Assembly: GCA_950097015.1 (NCBI GenBank)
Contig: CATNEN010000038.1
Span: 4,898,001-4,962,000 of the forward strand
Origin: Macrostomum hystrix
Taxonomy: Eukaryota; Animalia; Platyhelminthes
Reading direction: 5' to 3'
DNA: 64,000 nt
How positions within the stretch are numbered: the first letter of the stretch is position 1; each line of letters opens with the position of its first letter. Below, one piece after another: positions 46,773 to 57,500 of the stretch. A program made the translations under genes and the position numbers. A model generated the notes under the pieces. The model was not told where the DNA came from and did not search any database. It worked only from the letters and a program-made list of their open reading frames with translations.

Positions 46773-49700
46773 ATGTGCGAGCCGAAACAGCTGACTTTGA
46801 CGTTCGACGATGAGGCCTCGAATCCGAGCGCCATCTACAGGGCTGGGGACACCGTCAGCTTCAAGTTCGGATTCTACTCCCGGGAGCCCCTGGAGTGCAA
46901 AGGTGAAATTTGAACTTGCCTTGTCATTTAGTGTCCTCTGTTCCTCGTTTGAGCGAGATTATTGGCCCCCTACCTGAATTTGTTTGCGCAGACATTGTGG
47001 CCAAGGTCTTTGGCTCGTCCCACGTGCACTGGAGCAAGGGAAAGAACTCAAACTACTCGTCAACTCAAACCTTGTTGCAGCTGGAGATTCCAGTGTTCAG
47101 TGAGCACACTTCGTTTTTTTTAAGAAGTCTCGCTGCACCCACCAACCGCGTGTTCCTCCGCCCCACTGCACCCACCAACCGCGTGTTCCTCTGCCGCTCT
47201 GCACCCACCAACCGCGTGTTCCTCTGCCCCTCTGCACCCACCAACCGCGTGTTCCTCCGCCCCACTGCACCCACCAACCGCGTGTTCCTCTGCCCCTCTG
47301 CACCCACCAACCGCGTGTTCCTCTGCCCCTCTGCACCCACCAACCGCGTGTTCCTCTGCCGCTCTGCACTCAGTGTGTGTTCCTCTGCCCCTCTGCACCC
47401 ACCAAACGCGTGTTCCTCTGCCCCTCTGCACCCACCAACCGCGTGTTCCTCTGCCCCACTGCACCCACCAACCGCGTGTTCCTCTGCCGCTCTGCACTCA
47501 GTGTGTGTTCCTCTGCCCCTCTGCACCCACCAAACGCGTGTTCCTCTGCCCCTCTGCACCCACCAACCGCGTGTTCCTCTGCCCCACTGCACCCACCAAC
47601 CGCGTGTTCCTCTGCCGCTCTGCACCCACCAACCGCGTGTTCCTCTGCCCCTCTGCACCCACCAACCGCGTGTTCCTCCGCCCCACTGCACCCACCAACC
47701 GCGTGTTCCTCTGCCCCTCTGCACCCACCAACCGCGTGTTCCTCTGCCCCTCTGCACCCACCAACCGCGTGTTCCTCTGCCGCTCTGCACTCAGTGTGTG
47801 TTCCTCTGCCCCTCTGCACCCACCAACCGCGTGTTCCTCTGCCCCTCTGCACCCACCAAACGCGTGTTCCTCTGCCCCTCTGCACCCACCAACCGCGTGT
47901 TCCTCTGCCCCACTGCACCCACCAACCGCGTGTTCCTCTGCCGCTCTGCACTCAGTGTGTGTTCCTCTGCCCCTCTGCACCCACCAACCGCGTGTTCCTC
48001 TGCCCCTCTGCACCCACCAAACGCGTGTTCCTCTGCCGCTCTGCACTCAGTGTGTATTCCTCTACACGTACTGAGAAAGAAATAGATATGAGAAAGAATA
48101 GATAGTGAAAGAATAGATATGAGAGTCCCCTTATTCCAGCTCCACCGGCGGGCACCGTGGGTTTCCATCCACCTGGCCACTATTCCTACCCGATCAGCTT
48201 CAGCCTGCCCCCGGACTCGACTGGCAGCTTCGTGTTTGACATCGACAATTACTACGTCTCCTACAGTGTCACCGTCAAGATACACCGCTCTTACATGCCG
48301 AATGTCGAGATTAAAAAGAGTATCATCGTTGTTCGCGATCTCGACTTGAATCTTGTCAGGCCCGAGCTCACTGCTCCGTACGAGTCCGAGCGTCCAGAAC
48401 CAGCTCGGACCACCTTCCACGTCCTGCTCAACCGCAGCCTCAGCGGGGCCGAGGTTCGAATCCGATTGAACAAGCGCGGTTTCGCAATCGGCGAGACGAT
48501 TCAAGTCACCGGCGACATCCGGAACACCGGCAGTATCGACCTGCGACTAGTCACCATGGAAATCGCTCAGGTAAGCGCGGCTCCTTGCTGCTTGGAAAAC
48601 AGCAGTGGGGTGGCTGACCTGTGAGTCATGACTGCAGTGGAGTGGCTGACCTGTGAGTCATGACTGCAGTGGAGTGGCTGACCTGTGAGTCATGACTGCA
48701 GTGGAGTGGCTGACCTGTGAGTCATGACTGCAGTGGAGTGGCTGACCTGTGAGTCATGACTGCAGTGGAGTGGCTGACCTGTGAGTCATGACTGCAGTGG
48801 AGTGGCTGACCTGTGAGTCATGACTGCAGTGGAGTGGCTGACCTGTGAGTCATGACTGCAGTGGAGTGGCTGACCTGTGAGTCATGACTGCAGTGGAGTG
48901 GCTGACCTGTGAGTCATGACTGCAGTGGAGTGGCTGACCTGTGAGTCATGACTGCAGTGGAGTGGCTGACCTGTGAGTCATGACTGCAGTGGAGTGGCTG
49001 ACCTGTGAGTCATGACTGCAGTGGAGTGGCTGACCTGTGAGTCATGACTGCAGTGGAGTGGCTGACCTGTGAGTCATGACTGCAGTGGAGTGGCTGACCT
49101 GTGAGTCATGACTGCAGTGGAGTGGCTGACCTGTGAGTCATGACTGCAGTGGGGTGGCTGATCTATGAGGCATTATACCTTGTGTACCTGGAATTTCTCA
49201 CGCCAGCTGTGTGAGTTCCTGGCGGAAGGCCGCAGCCGCATTCAGTGGCGGACAGTTTCCATGGCCCGGCTGCCCCCGCTGTCAGCCGGCCGGTCACTGC
49301 AGGTCGGTCACCTGCTGCCTGTACCGATTGTGAACTGCAGCTACCTTCAGGGCAGCAGCAACATCAACATCAATTATTTCTTTCGGGTGAGGCTGGATTT
49401 CGCCATTGGTTGTACTAAACTCTTGTCCCTTGAGGTTTGGGATCAGAATATTGTCCCTTGAGTATTTGGGATCAGTATATTGTCCCTTGAGTATTTGGGA
49501 TCAGAATCTTGTCCCTTGAGTATTTGGGATCAGTATATTGTCCTTTGAGTATTTGGGATCAGAATATTGTCCCTTGAGTATTTGGGATCAGAATCTTGTC
49601 CCTTGAGTATTTTGGATCAGAATATTGGGTTTTGGGATCAGAATATTGGGTTTTGGGATCAGAATATTGGGTTTTGGGATCAGAATATTGGGTTTTAGGA

Positions 49701-50871
49701 TCAGAATATTGGGTTTTGGGATCAGAATATTGGGTTTTGGGATCAGAATATTGGGTTTTGGGATCAGAATATTGGGTTTTGGGATCAGATTATTGGGTTT
49801 CGGGATCAGAATATTGGGTTTTGGGATCAGATTATAGGGTTTCGGGATCAGAATATTGTCCCTTTGAGGATTTGGGATCAGAATGTTGGGTTCTAGGATC
49901 AGAATATTGTCGTTTGAAGTTTTAGGATCAGATTCCTGTAGAATCAGGCAGTATTTCTGGGGATTTAGGATCGTAAAAAATCCTCAAGTTTAAATAATTT
50001 GAGGATTTTGAACCAAAATTCAGTCTCTATCGGGGATTTAGAATCAGATTCTTGTCCATTGTTGGAGATGATTTGTAAAGGCATGATTTGTAAATCAACA
50101 ATCGCAGATTCGAGCAGCGGGCCTTCTGACCCTTCTGAAGATTGACCTGTGCGAGCTGATCATCGGTTCCGTCCCGCTGGGCCGTCAGGACCCGGTGCAC
50201 ATCAACACCTGGGCTGCCATCACCCGTGAGCCGGCCTCATTACCATACCTGTGTCATAATAGCCATGACCATCTGAATGACTGAGTTGGGTCAGCCTTGA
50301 CCATCTGAATGACTGAGTTGGGACAGCCATGACCATTCGAATGACTGAGTTGGGACAGCCATGACCATCTGAATGACTGAGTTGGGTAAGCCATGACCAT
50401 TCGAATGACTGAGTTGGGACATCCATGACCATCTGAATGACTGAGTTGGGACAGCCGGGATAATCTGAATGACTGAGTTGGGTAAGTCATGACCATCTGA
50501 ATGACTGAGTTGGGACAGTCATGACCATCTGAATGACTGAGTTGGGACAGTCATGACCATCTGAATGACTGAGTTGGGACAGTCATGACCATCTGAATGA
50601 CTGAGTTGGGACAGTCATGACCATATGAATGACTGAGTTGGGACAGCCATGACCATCTGAATGACTGAGTTGGGTCAGCCATGACCATATGAATGACTGA
50701 GTTGGGACAGCCATGACCATATGAATGACTGAGTTGGGACAGCCATGACCATCTGAATGACTGAGTTGGGACAGCCATGACTATATGAATGATGCTGAGT
50801 GCATAGTCATGGCCCATTAAGTCATCAACTGATATTTCTTTTAATGCGTTTCAGAACTCAACAAGAAATAG
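46773..50871 (+). CDS. Alpha-arrestin paralogue 4 (divergent; no Cys cluster, tail-less)
   Basis: Exons 46773-46902, 46992-47099, 48140-48570, 49207-49386, 50108-50225 and probable last exon 50855-50871 (QLNKK*). Motifs IYRAGD, HVHWS, YPISFSLP, KRGFAIGE and CELIIGSVPL. The last exon is least certain. Confidence 0.85.
47132..48062. repeat. 33-bp intronic minisatellite with recurring shorter variant
   Basis: Unit ctgcacccaccaaccgcgtgttcctctgcccct; variant ctgcactcagtgtgtgttcctc. Confidence 0.95.
48603..49162. repeat. 32-bp near-perfect intronic minisatellite
   Basis: Unit gcagtggagtggctgacctgtgagtcatgact, about 17 copies. Confidence 0.97.
49423..49932. repeat. Composite ~28-bp then 21-bp intronic minisatellite
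   Basis: gggatcagaatattgtcccttgagtattt changes to gggatcagaatattgggtttt. Confidence 0.93.
50261..50795. repeat. 32-bp intronic minisatellite
   Basis: Unit agccatgaccatctgaatgactgagttgggac. Confidence 0.95.
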
Positions 50872-51365
50872 TGAGAAGACTTTTGGGCCACAGATTGACG
50901 CGAAACTTACCTTTCTTTGGGTGAATTGTACTGAGTTGTTATACTGCGTTAAGGGATTAAATTTTTGAACAATTTCTTATCCGAATATATTTAAACGAAC
51001 TAGTCTAGCCCAGTCGTGTTTTCTTAGAAATATTTATTTTTTTAAGGTGACGCACTTTAGTATCTCTTAAATTCGCACAGTTCATGTTAACCGTATTATT
51101 CCTTTATTTTTATGTACAGAGCAAACAAATTAATGTACGAGCTATATAGTCTTGAAGAATCGATTTATGATAATACCCTAACTTTTATATGCCTGTTTGT
51201 TATTTATTTGTTATTTACCTGTCATCTACTGTCATTTCCCCCCACCCCAAGAAATTTTTTGCTTTTTTGCACCCGAACGGAGCAATGCAAGAACACGAAA
51301 CTCAAGAACACGGGCCAACTTTTTGTTGCGCATCTTCTGAAGCAAGAACCAAGTCGCCAGCCCTT

Positions 51366-51555
51366 TAGACACGGGAGAGATGAGACACGGGAGAGATGAG
51401 ACACGGGAGAGATGAGACACGGGAGAGATGAGACACGGGAGAGATGAGACACGGGAGAGATGAGACACGGGAGAGATGAGACACGGGAGAGATGAGACAC
51501 GGGAGAGATGAGACACGGGAGAGATGAGACACGGGAGAGATGAGACACGGGAGAG
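51366..51555. repeat. 16-bp minisatellite
   Basis: Unit agacacgggagagatg. Confidence 0.95.
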
Positions 51556-51882
51556 GCTGCTGCTACGGCTTGATCCATGTGCGCCTGAATCTGGACAAGC
51601 GGGGCCTCGTACCAGACTTTGAGACTAAGCTCAAGATTAAGCAGATGATTTGAGTGGCACTTTTCTTCTCGGCATAAAGAGATAATTCGGTTCTATCTTA
51701 AAATAGCCGCGAACCCACGGCGCGGGTGTGCTCCTTCACCGCCAGTATGAAGTCCAGCCAAGTGGTTTCGGAGGCAGTTCCACCCGGCCTTGAGAGAGGC
51801 CAGACAATGGACCTGAACCATCGACTGCCCATCCGGCCCATGCCCAGCTCCTTCGCCCATGGCTGCTCAAACATTCGCTACA
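51555..51882 (+). pseudogene. Alpha-arrestin pseudogene fragments (parts of exons 3 and 4)
   Basis: GCCYGLIHVRLNLDKRGLVP (from ~51555) and VPPGLERGQTMDLNHRLPIRPMPSSFAHGCSNIRY match the paralogue exons. Bounded by a minisatellite on the left and a SINE on the right. Confidence 0.8.
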
Positions 51883-51889
51883 CTCTAAA

Positions 51890-52246
51890 GGGAGCCAGAG
51901 CTGTTAACGCGTTTGCCTCCTGCACCGAGGTCCCACGGCGAGTCGATTCGATTCCGCGGCGAGGCCACACATTAATTTGGGGCGCAGCCGCGGAGAGAAG
52001 ACTTTGGGGGCTTGTCGTGCAATTTGCGCCCTTGAGGGCCAACCTCCAAGGCACAGTGAAATGTAAACTGCCTGACGATAAGAAAGTCAGGGCAGATGTA
52101 CACACCTGTGTGAGCGTGTGCCTGCGTACAGTATCTGTGTGCGCGTGTGCTCAGGAGTCAGCGAAATGAGCAGAATTGCCTCCTCGCTGGCATGCGGTCA
52201 GGTGTCAGCAAATGATTTGCCATTGCCCGCAGCCCTCCTGCAATTA
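51890..52246 (+). mobile_element. SINE family B, near full-length
   Basis: tRNA-like head (agccagagctgttaacgcg ... ttcgattcc), body shared with other copies, 3' GC hairpin and cctcctgcaatta tail. Confidence 0.8.
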
Positions 52247-52584
52247 TGCCAAGTCCAAGAAATCTCATTTGGTTGTTCGCCCTCGAGCGAAGCACACCAG
52301 TCACATGCCTTATCAGCTCTGTTGGAATCGATACTGATAAACTGCTCACACTGGCTTGGGCTAATATGGGAAATCTATTGCATGCTCATGATATCTCTAT
52401 TCGCTTTTCTTATCGCCTACTGAGCAGCCAATGCTGTGGGCCGAGCTGTTCGCCAAAGCTGAAGGAGTGCATAAAAAGGTAAGAACTACAGAAAATTATT
52501 CTCAGAACAAAAGTTGTTTAACCAGATTCTGGTTCTCACTGCCAAGACATCAGTAGCTATAGGTAAGTCATGACATTCAACTTT

Positions 52585-53577
52585 GACACCTGTTAGACAC
52601 AATCTGAGCATCAGCTGTTAGACACAATCTGAGCATCAACTGTCAGACACAATCTGAGCATCACCTGTCAGACACAATCTGAGCATCAACTGTCAGACAC
52701 AATCTGAGCATCACCTGTCAGACACAATCTGAGCATCAACTGTCAGACACAATCTGAGCATCACCTGTTAGACACAATCTGAGCATCAACTGTCAGACAC
52801 AATCTGAGCATCACCTGTTAGACACAATCTGAGCATCACCTGTCAGACACAATCTGAGCATCAACTGTTAGACACAATCTGAGCATCACCTGTCAGACAC
52901 AATCTGAGCATCAACTGTTAGACACAATCTGAGCATCACCTGTTAGACACAATCTGAGCATCACCTGTCAGACACAATCTGAGCATCACCTGTTAGACAC
53001 AATCTGAGCATCACCTGTCAGACACAATCTGAGCATCAACTGTCAGACACAATCTGAGCATCACCTGTCAGACACAATCTGAGCATCACCTGTCAGACAC
53101 AATCTGAGCATCAACTGTTAGACACAATCTGAGCATCACCTGTTAGACACAATCTGAGCATCACCTGTCAGACACAATCTGAGCATCAACTGTCAGACAC
53201 AATCTGAGCATCACCTGTCAGACACAATCTGAGCATCACCTGTCAGACACAATCTGAGCATCACCTGTCAGACACAATCTGAGCATCACCTGTCAGACAC
53301 AATCTGAGCATCACCTGTCAGACACAATCTGAGCATCACCTGTCAGACACAATCTGAGCATCACCTGTTAGACACAATCTGAGCATCACCTGTCAGACAC
53401 AATCTGAGCATCAACTGTTAGACACAATCTGAGCATCACCTGTCAGACACAATCTGAGCATCAACTGTCAGACACAATCTGAGCATCACCTGTCAGACAC
53501 AATCTGAGCATCACCTGTTAGACACAATCTGAGCATCACCTGTCAGACACAATCTGAGCATCAACTGTTAGACACAA
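52585..53577. repeat. 25-bp minisatellite (about 39 copies)
   Basis: Unit tgtcagacacaatctgagcatcacc. Confidence 0.97.
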
Positions 53578-54327
53578 ATAAATCATTTTACATAAGGACA
53601 TAGAGCTAGCTAATCAGAAAATTATTTTGTGTTCTCATACGGCATAACCATACCTGAAAATAGTTAATTCCCTGGTCATTCCACTCATTCAACATGAAAG
53701 ACTGGGAAGTAAAAATCTTATGCCATGTGGCGCCAAGCGCGTGAATGCTTGCCCTGCCAATGAAAGGTGACAATGACCCTTTGTGCTCAGCCTAATGCTA
53801 AGGGGGATTCGTCGGACACTGAGCATGCTCTTGATTCCACCAAAAAATATTTCTGCCCAAAAGTTACAATCGTAAACATTTGACCGATCAGCGATCGATT
53901 AGTGACCAGCCAGACACAAAGAGACACAACGGGACAATTGGCGAGCAAGGCGAGCAACGCGCGGGAGGCGCACAGCGAAAAAGCGACCAAGCGGAGAGCT
54001 GCGCGCAAATTGAATCCGAAACCGTGGTGAGAGGCTCACCTAAAAAGGCTAGCAGGCGGCGGGGGGTGGGGGACGGCCCCACCCCACACAGATGCACAGA
54101 GACAGCAAGGGGGCGGGCTGATCACTAAAGCCGGTTTGCACAGGCGCAAGCACCCATGCAAACCAAAGCATTTTTATGGGGGGATTTTATTTCTGGGCGT
54201 ACTAAGGGCTTTTTAAGGACAGAAAAAACTGTGCATTATATTTGTCTGCGTTTTGCACTAAATATATTTGATAGCAAAATTGCGCACTCTTATTTGATCT
54301 TGTCACAAAATAATCCCTAGTCACTAA

Positions 54328-54568
54328 CTCACTGAATCGGCTGACATTTCTCACTGGATCTGCTGACATTTCTCACTGGATCTGCTGACATTTCTCACTG
54401 GATCTGCTGACATTTCTCACTGGATCTGCTGACATTTCTCACTGGATCTGCTGACATTTCTCACTGGATCTGCTGACATTTCTCACTGGATCTGCTGACA
54501 TTTCGCACTGGATCTGCTGACATTTCTCACTGGATCTGCTGACATTTCTCACTGAATCTGCTGACATT
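54328..54568. repeat. 22-bp minisatellite
   Basis: Unit ctgacatttctcactggatctg, ending about 15 nt before the acceptor upstream of ATG 54595. Confidence 0.95.
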
Positions 54569-54594
54569 GACTTAAACTTCAGGCCCATCCAGCA

Positions 54595-57500
54595 ATGAAA
54601 GTTCAGACATTCGAAATTCTACTGGACGATCGAGCCGGGAACCCGCACGCGGTGTACAGGCCGGGCCAGCTGGTGGCGCTGCGAGTGCACCTCATTCTGC
54701 GAGAGCCAGTCAAGTGCCGAGGTAATTCCACTTCTTATCGAAGATGCTGAGTTCAATGATTAGCCAGAATTGTAACGAATTTGTCCTGAACTGCTGGCAG
54801 CACTCTACCTGAAGCTGTTTGGGAGCAGCTATGTTCACTGGACCGAGCAAAAGCACAGCGGAAAGACTTCCTACACCAAGCACTACCGCTCTGAAGAGAT
54901 TTACATAGATGAGAAGGTGCCGCTGTTCAGTGAGTACAATGGTTAATTTTTTGCTTTTTATTTTATGATTCGATATTTTATGATAGTGATTTGACATGTT
55001 AGACAGTGATTTGACATGTTAGACAGTGATTTGTCATGTGAGACAGTGATTTGACATGTCAGACAGTGATTTGACATGTTAGACAGTGATTTGACATGTT
55101 AGACAGTGATTTGTCATGTGAGACAGTGATTTGACATGTCAGACAGTGATTTGAAATGTGAGTCAGGGATTTGACATGTGAGACAGTGATTTGACATGTG
55201 AGACAGTGATTTGACATGTGAGACAGTGATTTGACATGTGAGATAGTGATTTGAAATGTTAGACAGTGATTTGACATGTGAGACAGTGATTTGAAATGTG
55301 AGACAATGATTTGACATGTTAGACAGTGATTTGACATGTGAGACAGTGATTTGAAATGTGAGACAATGATTTGACATGTTAGACAGTGATTTGACATGTC
55401 AGAGAATGATTTGACATGTCAAACAGTGATTTGAAATGTGAGTCAGGGATTTGACATGTGAGACAGTGATTTGACATGTGAGATAGTGATTTGACATGTT
55501 AGACAGTGATTTGAAATGTGAGACAGTGATTTGACATGTCAGACGGTGATTTGACATGTGAGATAGTGATTTGACATGTTAGACAGTGATTTGAAATGTG
55601 AGACAGTGATTTGACATGTGAGATAGTGATTTGACATGTTAGACAGTGATTTGACATGTCAGAGAATGATTTGACATGTCAAACAGTGATTTGAAATGTG
55701 AGTCAGGGATTTGACATGTGAGACAGTGATTTGAAATGTGAGATAGTGATTTGACATGTTAGACAGTGATTTGAAATGTGAGACAGTGATTTGACATGTG
55801 AGACAGTGATTTGACATGTTAGACAGTGATTTGACATGTCAGACAGTGATTTGTCATGTGAGACAGTGATTTGACATGTCAGACAGTGATTTGACATGTT
55901 AGACAGTGATTTGACATGTTAGACAGTGATTTGACATGTGAGACAGTGATTTGACATGTGAGATAGTGATTTGAAATGTTAGACAGTGATTTGACATGTG
56001 AGACAGTGATTTGAAATGTGAGACAGTGATTTGACATGTTAGACAGTGATTTGACATGTCAGACAATGATTTGACATGTCAGACAGTGATTTGAAATGTG
56101 AGACAGTGATTTGACATGTCAGACAGTGATTTGACATGTCAGACAGTGATTTGACATGTGAGATAGTGATTTGACATGTTAGACAGAGATTTGACATGTG
56201 ATGACATGTCAGACATTGATTTGACATGTGACAGCTGACTATTCGCTCGAATTCCGCAGCGCCCAGCGGCGCAGGCCCTGACGCGGACAAGCACCCAGCC
56301 GGCGAGTTCTTCTACCCCCTGACCTTCCGCATTCCTGACTCCGCGCCGAGCTCTTTCGAAGGCGAGGACGGGCGGATCCGGTACCAACTGAAGGCCAGCA
56401 TTGATAGGCCGTGGAAGTTTGACAACTATGCGCAGCTTTTCTACACGGTTATTCGCGACTTCAATTTGAACACTCGGTCAGCTGACACCATCGGACCGTT
56501 CAGCACGGAGAACGACTTCGATGTGAACTGCTGCTACTGCTTCAACTGCTGCTGCGGCCGACTGCGCATGCGGGTCGCCCTGCCAAAGCGCGGCTTTGTG
56601 CCAGGCGAACAGGTCCGCGTGACTGGCCAGATTGCCAACACCAGCAGCACCGAGCTGCACGGAGTCAGTCTGGAGATCTACCAGGTGACTTGGGCCAACT
56701 CGTAATTTACTCGGATAATCTTGTAGATATCTCATTTTAAGGATTTGATAATAGTAGAATTTATAAATGGATTATCTCATTTCAAATCAGATTATTTCAT
56801 TTAGAATCGGATTGTATAGTTTAAAACTCGATTTTCTAGTTTAAAATCCGATATAGAATTAAGAATCTAATTTAGAATCGTATTATCGAGTTTTAAATCG
56901 GATTATCTAATTTTGAATAAGGTTATCTAGTTTAATATCTGATTAAATAGGTTAAAATCTGATTATCTAATATAGAATCAGATTATCTAGTTTAGAATCG
57001 GATTATCTAGTTAAAAATAGGATTATTAAATTTAGAATGGGATTATCTTGTTTAAAATCGGATTATCTAATTTAGAATCGGATTATCACATTAAGAATCG
57101 GATTATCTAAGTTAGAATCGGATTATCACATTTAGAATCGGATTATCACATTTAGAATCGGATTATCACATTTAGAATCGGATTATCATATTTAGAATCG
57201 GATTATCGCATTTAGAATCGGATTATCACATTTAGAATCGGATTATCATATTTAGAATCGGATTATCACATTTAGAATCGGATTATCACATTTAGAATCG
57301 GATTATCACATTTAGAATCGGATTATCACATTTAGAATCGGATTATCACATTTAGAATCGGATTATCACATTTAGAATCGGATTATCACATTTAGAATCG
57401 GATTATCGCATTTAGAATCGGATTATCGCATTTAGAATCGGATTATCACATTTAGAATCGGATTATCACATTTAGAATCGGATTATGACATCTGGAATCG

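Noticed and set aside
52060-52102. Hammerhead-like CTGANGA-NNN-GAAA-GTC in SINE B
   Set aside because: There is no room for stems II and III, CTGA pairs with the downstream TCAG, and the core differs in the 17720 and 59246 copies.
52178-52235. HDV-like ribozyme in the SINE B tail (GCCTCCTCGCTGGC equals the HDV P3/L3 sequence; also at ~59323)
   Set aside because: The would-be P1 partner lies downstream and forms a simple hairpin (GGCTGCGGG/CCCGCAGCC). No upstream P1, P1.1 GG or P2 closure could be built, and the motif varies in other copies.
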